Made by a program: the position numbers and the translations under genes | Assembly (NCBI RefSeq): GCF_009914755.1 | Contig: NC_060946.1 | DNA from: the human T2T-CHM13v2.0 reference genome, Homo sapiens | Length of the DNA stretch: 64,000 nt | Direction: 5' to 3' (one strand) | Shown here: one piece after another, positions 36,291 to 46,169 of the stretch | Position numbering within the stretch: position 1 is the first letter of the stretch | Layout: each line of letters opens with the position of its first letter | The notes under the pieces: model-generated | What the model saw: the letters and a program-made list of their open reading frames with translations, nothing else | The model's database searches: none | What the model was told of the DNA's origin: nothing

Positions 36291-38617
36291 TCATTTGAGG
36301 CTCCTGGCGGCCTCGGAGGTGTGAATTGCAAACATAAGGGTGACACCAAGTTTTGGCATCTCCCCTTCCTGGTCGAGTGGCTGTGGACAGGTCATTTTCC
36401 CTTGAAGTCTGTATTTTGTCATTTGTAACTTGGGGATAATACTTGTGTGTTGCATCACATGAGGTCATGAAAGTGAGATCACATTGAAAGTAAACCTCAA
36501 GATACTCGACCGGCATCAGTCCTGGCTCCCTCTGTCCCTCAGACGTGAGCATCCCCTGCCTGGGTATCTTTGTCCCCACCTGGACACTTTGGGTGGTAGG
36601 AAGGTCTGGGGTCCCTGGCGGCTTCGAAGCCCGTGAACCAGAATTCCCTGGAAGGAATGGGGAGCAGGGTGGCTCCCAGGGTCCCCAGCACTCTTTGGAA
36701 CTCAGGACAGCATCTCCATGCCCACATGCCCCCAAAACCCAAGGCAGGCTAGTGCTGGCTCTAGGCCCGTTCTTACATGGTTGGTGCGAGCATTTCTTAC
36801 TTTAGAACAAACCCACTGGAGTGGAATATTCCCAGCATCAAGGGGAGGTAAACAAAGGACCCTCTGGGACCCACTCGCCAGCTCTTGTTTAAGAGGAAAA
36901 CATGTTTTGCTCCCCTCGTTGTGGGCTTGGTACCTTTCACGTCTGCCCTCCAAGGAAGGCTGCTGGGAGCCCTCACGGTGAGGAATGATGTTTGGGGTCT
37001 GAGGCTGGGGTGGTCCCTAGACTGCTAAACCACCCGGTGCTGGCCAGGGACCAGCTGTCAGGAGCTGCTGAGGATGGGTCAGCCCCAGAGGGTGGGGGTG
37101 CCGACATTGCCTCTGGCCCTGCCTCTGCGTCACCAGTACGAGCTTGAGCTTCTGCGACTCATGAGCATGGACCTGGTGGGCTGAGCTTCAGCTGTGAGGG
37201 GTCAGGCCTGCTGCAGGGAGAGCCAGCTGCAGCCAGTGCCCTGCGCTGTGCCCACAGTCCCTGAGACCCCAGGCTGAGGAGAGCAGCACTGAGCCCAACC
37301 TGAAACGGGCTCACGGCTACTGGAGCTGGGTGTGTGCTCACTGGTGTGGATGTGCAGAGCCGGGACTCGCTCTGCAAGCAGGCTGGTCCCACAACCTTGA
37401 GCACCCGCTACAGGGAGGCTGTGAGAAGGTCCCTGGCCCCTAGGAAGCTCCCTCAGTGGAGATGTTTTGGCTGCTTTAATAACAGTCATCCTTCCAAAGC
37501 CCTTCACAGCAATAAATGTTTCCATATTCCAGATGAGGTTTGCAGGGACCTGTCCTCTCTATCAGTGTCCACCTGGCGCCTCCCCCGAGTCCGGCCTGCC
37601 CTTGCTTCTCCCAGAGCTCATGGTGTTTTTCAGGGCCGCAGGCTGGCAGGGTGTCCTTCTCCCAGGGGACTGAGCCTAGGGAGAGCCAAGTGGAGGTGCC
37701 CAAGTGGAGGAGAAAGGAAAGGACCACAGAGAGGGGAGGGGAAGTGGGAGAGTCATGGTTAGGACCTCAGGCTGAGGCCTTCTGCCAAGCCAGGGGTCTG
37801 GTGTCACTCAACTGGGAAACACTGTCAGCACCCAAAGCTGCTCTCAGAGGTGGGGGTGACGGGACCACTGCATGTGGGAGGCACACGGGCCCTGTGGCAT
37901 CCACAGCTGTGGTCTCCTTAGTGTCCTGTCACAGACTTGCAAATCAAAGCCCAGAGAGGCGGCAGCCAGCCACCCTCCCACCTCCCCAGCACTCCTGTGC
38001 CCACCCCATGCCTGTTTAGCCTCTGCCCTTGCTGCCCCCTTCCTCTGCTGTGTCCTTTTGGCAAGAGGAAGGTACCTCGGGGCAGATTTGGGTGGTCCTT
38101 GTGAGACCCAGGGCAGAGTGTGGTCCGGGGATATGGCTTCTGTCCAGCTCCCTGCCAGACAGCTGTCTGATCCTAAGCACAGACCAGCCTCTCGGGGGTT
38201 TTGTTCAGCCAGGAGGTGGGCTGAGGGGCAAGTGTGTGGAACATGCAGGAACAGGCTGTGCAGTGGCCCTCAGTAGTGGGGGGCTGGGGACTTCTGGGAG
38301 ACTCCTTTGCTCCCATTCGCCATCCATCCCCTTTCCCTGATCAGTGGGCCCTGGCTCTGGACACTGAGTGGAGCAGACAGTCCTCCTGCCCCTATAGGTT
38401 CCACCTCCTGACTGGCACTGTGGCATCAGCATGGTCCAGCCCGTGCTGTCCTGTCAAGGACCACCTCCACAGCCAGTGGCCCCTTCCTCCATCTCAGAGA
38501 CAGAGAGACGCTGGGCACAAAAGCCCTGTTGAAAGTTCACTTTGAAGGGAAGCCCATGGGGTCATGGCGACAACACTTGTTATGGAAAGGCCCTGGCGCC
38601 TCCAGCAGCTCCCTTGA

Positions 38618-39031
<414 letters not shown>

Positions 39032-39326
39032 TGATAAGGCCCCATCCAAACGCCAGGGTATGTTTCCCTGCATGGAACAAACATAATTCCTCAGGCTGAG
39101 GGTCTGACCACAGCCCAGATCCAGGTTTTGGGGTCCCTGGAGTGATGAGCAGGGCCTGAGTGGCAGACAGGCGAGGCTGAGAGAAGGCTGGGTCTGACCC
39201 TGCTGGGGGCCCACATCCTGCCTCTGTTCCCACCCCTACACTTGGCTGCCCTGTAGAGCCTTGGGAAGGGCAGCGCCCAGGCTGGGAGCTGGCCCCGACT
39301 CATTGCCCTCCCCACTCCTCTTCCAG

Positions 39327-39366
39327 GCGGATGAGGCGTCTTGCCAACACGGCCCCGGCCTGGTAA
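39327..39366 (+). CDS. SMARCB1: SMARCB1 exon 9 coding part (basic C-terminal helix, stop TAA)
   Basis: ctcttccag|GCGGATGAGGCGT...TGGTAA; RMRRLANTAPAW*; frame follows from exon 8. Confidence 0.97.
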
Positions 39367-39667
39367 CCAGCCCATCAGCACACGGCTCCCACGGAGCATC
39401 TCAGAAGATTGGGCCGCCTCTCCTCCATCTTCTGGCAAGGACAGAGGCGAGGGGACAGCCCAGCGCCATCCTGAGGATCGGGTGGGGGTGGAGTGGGGGC
39501 TTCCAGGTGGCCCTTCCCGGCACACATTCCATTTGTTGAGCCCCAGTCCTGCCCCCCACCCCACCCTCCCTACCCCTCCCCAGTCTCTGGGGTCAGGAAG
39601 AAACCTTATTTTAGGTTGTGTTTTGTTTTTGTATAGGAGCCCCAGGCAGGGCTAGTAACAGTTTTTA

Positions 39668-39673
39668 AATAAA
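39668..39673 (+). terminator. SMARCB1 proximal poly(A) signal AATAAA
   Basis: AATAAA about 300 nt after the stop, with U-rich upstream elements (ttttgtttttgtata, 39621-39635). Confidence 0.8.
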
Positions 39674-40011
39674 AGGCAACAGGTCATGTTCAATTTCTTC
39701 AACAGGTCATGTTCAATTTCTTCAAAGTTTTAACATAAAAATAATGAGAGCCAGGAGTGGGGCCGGGGCCTGGGGGGACGAAGGTGGTATGTGAACAAGG
39801 TTGGCACACAGGCCTCACCCTCCTCTGCCTCAGATTCCCAAGTGGGCAGGTGGGGGTGAATGGGGCTCCGGGTAGCACCTCAGCTCCTCTCAGCTCCCCT
39901 CAGCCTGTTCTCCTTCCAGACCCAGAGAGCTGAGAAGAGTAGCTGTGAGGCTCAGGGCAGAGGCTCTCTGCCTTTCAGGAACAGCCCTAACCCTGCTCCC
40001 CTTGCTTGGCC

Positions 40012-40117
40012 TCAGGAAGGTGCCGCGAGCTCTCCTGCCGTCCCTGGGCCGCCCTGGCTCTGCTGTGTCCAGATGGTCAGGCTACTGCCAGCTGGGGCCT
40101 TGCTGCTCTGAAGTCCC
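40012..40117 (-). CDS. DERL3: DERL3 alternative distal terminal exon (239-aa isoform)
   Basis: ctccgcag|GGGACTTCAG in frame with exon 6; GLQSSKAPAGSSLTIWTQQSQGGPGTAGELAAPS*; total 720 nt = 239 aa plus stop; matches a C-terminus I recall. Confidence 0.8.
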
Positions 40118-41932
40118 CTGCGGAGGGCCCAGTCCTGTGTGGGCACTGCTGGGCTGTCGCCAGCCTGGGTGCAGGAGGGCTGTTCTAGCTCCAGTGGCAC
40201 CCATAGCCAGGTCAGCTGGGGCCCTTTCCCACCCCAGCAGGTGCTGTGGCCTGGGCCAGCTCCTGCCTTACAAGCCAGCTGTGAGGAATATGGGAATAGC
40301 CCTCCCGGCCTGGTGCCAGCTCTTGGAGTTGACACGGTACAGGGAGGAGACACAGCCCAGGGTCCCTTCCCAGCCCTGCCTCCAAGGAGTTCATGTCCCC
40401 TCTGTTCTCATCTGTAATAGGGAGGTGTCCCCATTCTTCAGAATGGACACAGGATCTGGGAGGGCAGCAAACTGGCTCGCAGCTCCAGCCTTACTGAAGA
40501 GAATGGGCCCAGATCCGGGCACAGATCCCAGCACAGACTGCTGCCACCCTCAGCTGTTGGCAGGTCCCATGCTGCCAGGGCAGGGCTAGGGTCAGAGGCT
40601 GCTGTGCTCCCTGGAAGTGGGGTAGGGCCCCATGTGGGGCAGAGGCAGAGCTCTGATTAGGGATTGGGGTTCTTGGTCGCTGAGATGTGAGAGGAGGGCT
40701 CCTTTGAGCACATGTTAGCATGGGACTCTTCCCAGGGAGTTTGCACTCAGGGCCTCTGCCCTCCATCAAAGAGTGGAACTCCCCAGAGCCCCATGCACAG
40801 CAAGGGGACAGCTGGGCCTTACTGGAAGGCCTTGAACAAAGGGGAAGATTCCCAGCCCAGCTGCTCTTAGACATGAACAGGTTTCATTGCTGAGGTGTTT
40901 GTTCTGTCCATGAGGTAGGAACCTCGGCAATGAAAGGGTGAGGCAGCCCTGTGTCTCCACAACTGGGGGGATGGAAGGAACCTTGGCTGCCTCACCCCAC
41001 AGGTCGGGCAGGGCCACCTGGCTGGGAGGTGCCGGGAAGGCTGGGCCCTCACTCCTGACCGCCAGCTCACACCGCCGCAAAGCCATCTCCACAAGGTCTG
41101 GCTACAACACGGAGGGCAGACTCAACAGAGAACAGTGTTGTTACCATGAAAATGACAACCTGTCTTTGGAGGAGGCCCCGTGCCACTGAGCATCCAGAAA
41201 TAAACCACAACATGGACAGGCTTAGAACAACAAGGAAAGCTGCCAGGTCAGAAGAGAAAAATGAGCCACAGGGGTCAGATAAGGCTCACACACGTCCTCA
41301 GCTAAAAAGGGCAGGAACAGAACCTTCCAGAAGTCCCTGCCTCACCCAGTCTCAGAACTCTGCTAAGGTGAAAACTTAGGCTCTGAGGTCATAGAAAGGG
41401 CAGAAGACCTAGTCCTGGCCCTCTTCTGCACCTGAATCCATGGGGCTTTGGCATCACCAGATGAAAAATGAGGCATACGCCCACCTGTCAGGGTGGCTGA
41501 TGAGAGACAGGAGAGGCTAGATTGGCATCAGCCTGAAGGCACCACTGGCAGGAACATCTGTAGGCTGGTTTGGCACAACCTAGGAGAGGCCTGTCCTGGC
41601 CCCAGCAGCCGAAATCTGGTGAACTTCCCCGCTGACTGGCAGGTAGCAGAGGCCTATGGTGGGCAGGACTTGCCCAAGGCCCTGGTGGGGCCAGGATGAG
41701 AACCCTGAGCCTGTCACCTGTGAGCTCAAAAGCTCTGCCTGGCAACCTGTGAGCTCAAAGCTCTGCCAGGCAACCATGGGCAGTTTCTTTGCCCTCTGTG
41801 GGCACCCCTATCCTACCACCTGCAGTTGGGCTGAGAGGCCACACTGAGTGAGGACGGGGCAGGCATAGAAGGATGTGGCCAGGTGAGATGGGGAAGCCAG
41901 TGCTGTGGGCCAAGAGACTGCAGCTCATTCTG

Positions 41933-41938
41933 TTTATT
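41933..41938 (-). terminator. DERL3 proximal poly(A) signal
   Basis: tttatt on + = AATAAA on -, about 115 nt after the stop at 42054. Confidence 0.7.
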
Positions 41939-42053
41939 CAGGTGGGCCCTTGCATGGGCCCAGCCTTTAGGATGGGTTTTTTCTGCCCCAAGTAGGGGTC
42001 ATGGGTAGGATGGAAGCTGCCAGAAGCCTCTTAGGCCTGGCCCTGGGTGGGGG

Positions 42054-42147
42054 TCACTGCTGCGGGGGTGGCAGATGGGGTCCTGGCTGTTCCTCAGGGA
42101 GGGGCAGGTAATTGGGGTCTTCTGCAGGGGCATCCAGGAGCAGCTTT
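42054..42147 (-). CDS. DERL3: DERL3 exon 7, proximal terminal exon (235-aa isoform)
   Basis: ccccacag|AAAGCTG; [30 protein letters not shown]; exon sum 708 nt = 235 codons plus stop. Confidence 0.93.
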
Positions 42148-42248
42148 CTGTGGGGAGGGGCCCGTGTTGAGCACAGGCCAGCACAGGTCCCCATCGGTGG
42201 GGATCCTTCTGAGGGTGGGGAGAGGGAGGGAGGGCTCTCAACACTCAC

Positions 42249-42339
42249 AGGAAGCCAGGGGTCTGCAGGAGCCTCTTGCCTCCAGGCTGGTTGGGGAAGA
42301 CGTCCTCCAGGAAGTAGTAGATATGGCCCACCGCAATCC
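42249..42339 (-). CDS. DERL3: DERL3 exon 6 (GxxxG/GH motif)
   Basis: tctcacag|GGATTGCG ... TTCCT|gtgagt; 91 nt; [31 protein letters not shown]. Confidence 0.95.
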
Positions 42340-42843
42340 CTGTGAGACAGCCACGGACTGTGGGGTCACCCTCCACAGCCCAGAGTCCTAGACCAGCAGA
42401 GCCTGCCCCAGGCCCCCATCCACAGCCTGGTGGCCCTGCAGGCCCCACAGCATGAGTGCCCCAAAGCCTTGCACAGAGTGCCAGCCCCGGGTTGGCCGTG
42501 AAGGACAAGCTTAAAAGGCCCAGAAGCAGGCAGGACCCAGGGAGGGGAGGGCCTGAGAATAGTGGAGGAGTGGGAGCCATGGGGCAGGAACCCTGACCCT
42601 CCCATCCTCACTCCCATCAGGACCGTGCAAGCATCAGTAGATCCGTCCTGACGATGCAAATTATGTGGGCCGGCTGGCTTGAGGGGCTGTAAGAGCACAG
42701 CAGCTGGGAGGGCAGGAAGATCGGGATGGAGCCAGGTGTGAGGAGAACTCCAGCAAGGATGGGAGAGGGGCCCCAGGGCATAAGCAGCGTGTCCTGAGGG
42801 GAGTGGCCAGCCTGGGGCGGACTAGATGTACCGGGAGGCTCAC

Positions 42844-43039
42844 CCAGCAGGTCCACGAGGATGGAGTTGCCCAGCAGCAGCGAGAAGCCCATGAGCGCCC
42901 AAGGCAGGAACGGTGCCTGGAAAGTGAGCAGGCCGAAGAAGTTGACCCTCACCCGAGGGCTGCGGCGGCTCCACACGTACACCAGCATGGCCATGAGGGC
43001 CTGGCCCAGGAAGAACAGGCTGCCCAGGAGTCCCAGCAG
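42844..43039 (-). CDS. DERL3: DERL3 exon 5
   Basis: ccttgactctggcccag|CTGCTG ... CTGG|gtgagc; 196 nt; [65 protein letters not shown]. Confidence 0.95.
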
Positions 43040-43535
43040 CTGGGCCAGAGTCAAGGTGCTCCGGTGCAGGCCTCAGCCCAAGCCCAGGGCCCCTCTGACT
43101 TCCCAAGACCCTGGAATTCTTCCCTCATCTCCCCTATGTGCTATTCCCTCATCAAGATGAGCCAGTCCAATAAAGGCGACACACTCCACGGGCTTCAGGT
43201 CCCACGAAATCTGCCCTGCACACCTACAGCCTCATCCCAGGGCCCAACCACTGCCTGTCCCTGCCCCAGTTTCTCCCGGCTACTCGCATTCAGGGCTCAG
43301 CTAGTGGCCCTGACAACCCACCTGGCTCTTTTGTGCATGGCTTTGTATTTTGCATACAGCACTGAAGATCTAGCCCTGACCCCTGCAGCTGAGCACAGAG
43401 TGGGCCCTCAACACATACTAAGCTGGAGACAGCGACTGTGTCCCTCTCTGGCATGGCTGTGTTGGCCCCAGGACCAACACAGGCTGGACGCCGAGGCGCC
43501 CTAGCCCGAGGTTCCAGAGCCTGCGGGAAGGATAC
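43040..43535 (-). other. DERL3 intron 4, U12-type GT-AG
   Basis: 5' end GTATCCTT; branch motif CCTTGAC (43056-43050) ending 10 nt before the intron end. Confidence 0.9.
43169..43174 (+). terminator. Candidate distal poly(A) signal for a long SMARCB1 3'UTR
   Basis: AATAAA on + strand inside DERL3 intron 4; fits my recollection of a ~3.8-kb SMARCB1 3'UTR. Another AATAAA lies at 41199-41204. Confidence 0.55.
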
Positions 43536-43629
43536 GGTCATAAGGACGCCCCCGAAGAGAAACATGAAGACGAAGTCGGCCGTGCGGCCGCGGAAGGAGC
43601 CCTCTTCCAGCATGCGGCAGTAGCGGAAC
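43536..43629 (-). CDS. DERL3: DERL3 exon 4
   Basis: ccgtag|GTTCCGCTAC ... ATGACC|gtatccttc; 94 nt; [31 protein letters not shown]. Confidence 0.95.
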
Positions 43630-43747
43630 CTACGGCGTCGGTATAGGAAGTGCCACCAGGCGGGGCCTCAGTTTCCCCGTCCCGGCCTCTCTCCCAGCCC
43701 GGCCGGCCTGCCCTCCACCCAGCCCGTGTCCGCAGGGCGCAGGATAC
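43630..43747 (-). other. DERL3 intron 3, U12-type (minor spliceosome) GT-AG
   Basis: 5' end GTATCCTG; TTCCTATAC branch-like motif close to the AG; no polypyrimidine tract. Confidence 0.8.
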
Positions 43748-43821
43748 ACGAAGAGCATGTTGAAGAAGAAGCTGAATCCCAGGGGCCCGAAGAAGAGGAA
43801 GTTGGTGACGAGCCTCCAGAC
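43748..43821 (-). CDS. DERL3: DERL3 exon 3 (WR motif)
   Basis: ccgtag|GTCTGGAGG ... TTCGT|gtatcctg; 74 nt; [25 protein letters not shown]. Confidence 0.95.
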
Positions 43822-43894
43822 CTACGGGGGACGGGCGGTCAGGTGCGGGGTGGGTGGGTCGGGCCCACAGGTGCGCGGCGCGGGGCGGCCTCAC

Positions 43895-43960
43895 CTGGAA
43901 CTTCCGGAACACAAGGTGCGGGTTGAAGTAGAGTTGAAAGGGGCTGAGGAGCTCCAGCTG
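43895..43960 (-). CDS. DERL3: DERL3 exon 2
   Basis: ccacag|CAGCTG ... TTCCAG|gtgagg; 66 nt; [22 protein letters not shown]. Confidence 0.95.
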
Positions 43961-44078
43961 CTGTGGAACCAGGGGCCAGTCAAGAGCTGCCCGGGAGCCA
44001 CGCCGTAACCATGGCGACCCTCACCCCTCCCGCCAGAGGCTGTAACCAAGGCGACGTCCGGTCCGCCCGGCCGCTTAC

Positions 44079-44171
44079 CACCGCGGCGGTGGTGAGGACA
44101 CAGGCTGCGGTGTAAGCCCGCGTCACCGCCGGCACCTGCAGGAACTCGGCCGCTAGTCCCTGCCACGCCAT
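44079..44171 (-). CDS. DERL3: DERL3 (Derlin-3, ERAD rhomboid pseudoprotease) exon 1 CDS
   Basis: ATG at 44171; [31 protein letters not shown]; donor GTG|gtaagc. Confidence 0.96.
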
Positions 44172-44189
44172 TGAACCTTCTCAAGCACG

Positions 44190-44500
44190 CGTGGCCCAGC
44201 CAGCAACGCGCTCTTTAACCCGCCTCCCAGCCCCGCCTTCGGCCAATCCGCATCCGAGGCGCTGCGCGCCCCAGGCTGAAAAGAGAGCCCCTGAGCCCGA
44301 CAGCCAATGGAAGGAAGAAGAGGGAAATTAGGGGCGGAAAGGGAGAGTGGGCGGGTAGAGGCTGGTGGCCAATGGGCAGGCGCCAAGGTTGAGCACGTGG
44401 CGGTTGTTGTGGCTGCGGTGGTGGCGCGGGAGAACGTGTGGCCAATGAGGAACTGGTCATTTCGCGGCTTTCTAGGAGAGGACCAGTAGCGTGGACCCAC
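44190..44500 (-). promoter_or_regulatory. DERL3 promoter with CCAAT boxes, ERSE-like element and GC boxes
   Basis: CCAAT at 44243, 44304, 44369 and 44442; CCAAT-N9-CCAAG at 44369-44387; CACGTGG at 44394-44400; GGGGCGG GC boxes. Confidence 0.75.
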
Positions 44501-44921
44501 GACACCACGGGGGCGGGGCTAAGATCGTATGGGTTACAGGAGCGAAGACCCGAGCAGGCGAGGCAAAACTGGAAAGGGCGGGGCGCGTGGGCGGGGCGCG
44601 GAGTGTGGCGGCTCAGACCGTGCTGGCTCACTAACTGACGACCTAGCCGCAACGTTGTCCTCGCTGCCAGCCCAAGACAGGCCCACCTAACCCACAGCAG
44701 GGAGGCATTCGGGAATGTGTCCAAACCTCCCCAAACGTCCAGGGCCCCACTCAAATGTGCCGGCCGCTGTCGGGGTTCTTCCCCGGGGGCCCAAGGAAGG
44801 AGAGGCAGGACTGCGGGATTGAGTCCAGGTGGGGCGCGAGGGTTGAGAGGCGCACCAGAGCAAGTGGACAGGCAGGAGAGGTCCTCAATATTTTGGTGGA
44901 AAATAGAAACCAACCTACCCA

Positions 44922-44968
44922 CCTTCCTTCCCTCCTTCCCTCCCTCCCTCCCTCCCTTCCTTCCTTCC
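44922..44968. repeat. (TTCC/CTCC)n low-complexity repeat
   Basis: ccttccttccctccttccctccctccctccctcccttccttccttcc. Confidence 0.9.
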
Positions 44969-45199
44969 ACCGTTTATTAAACAACTGTTTGCCTGACACT
45001 GTTCTAGATGTTGGGGATGTAGCATGCAATAAAAGACACTGTCTCTTAGAGTCCAGCCAGGAGGCAGTCAATACAATAAGCTAGTGCTGACACTTGATGA
45101 GAATATTGCCAAGTGAGGGGTGGGGCCACGTGGGCGTCCGCAGTGCCAGGTGGGGTGACCTGGGATACCTCTGGGAAGATGTAAAGTTTGTCACTTTGC

Positions 45200-46160
<961 letters not shown>

Positions 46161-46169
46161 AACCTCTGT

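Larger units (their letters stand above)
43480..44860. promoter_or_regulatory. CpG island over the DERL3 promoter and exons 1-4
   Basis: Visibly very high GC and CpG density compared with the flanks. Confidence 0.85.

Noticed and set aside
42654-42661. Octamer ATGCAAAT in DERL3 intron 5
   Set aside because: A single 8-mer; several occur by chance in the window (for example ~8441 and ~11354).
42803-43504. 233-aa + strand ORF antisense to DERL3 exon 5
   Set aside because: Explained as a codon shadow of the GC-rich opposite-strand CDS; it also crosses the distal poly(A) signal.
44215-44970. 251-aa ORF upstream of DERL3; also ORFs 54597-55193 and 59611-60285
   Set aside because: Stop-poor CpG-island and simple-repeat DNA; no protein-like features.
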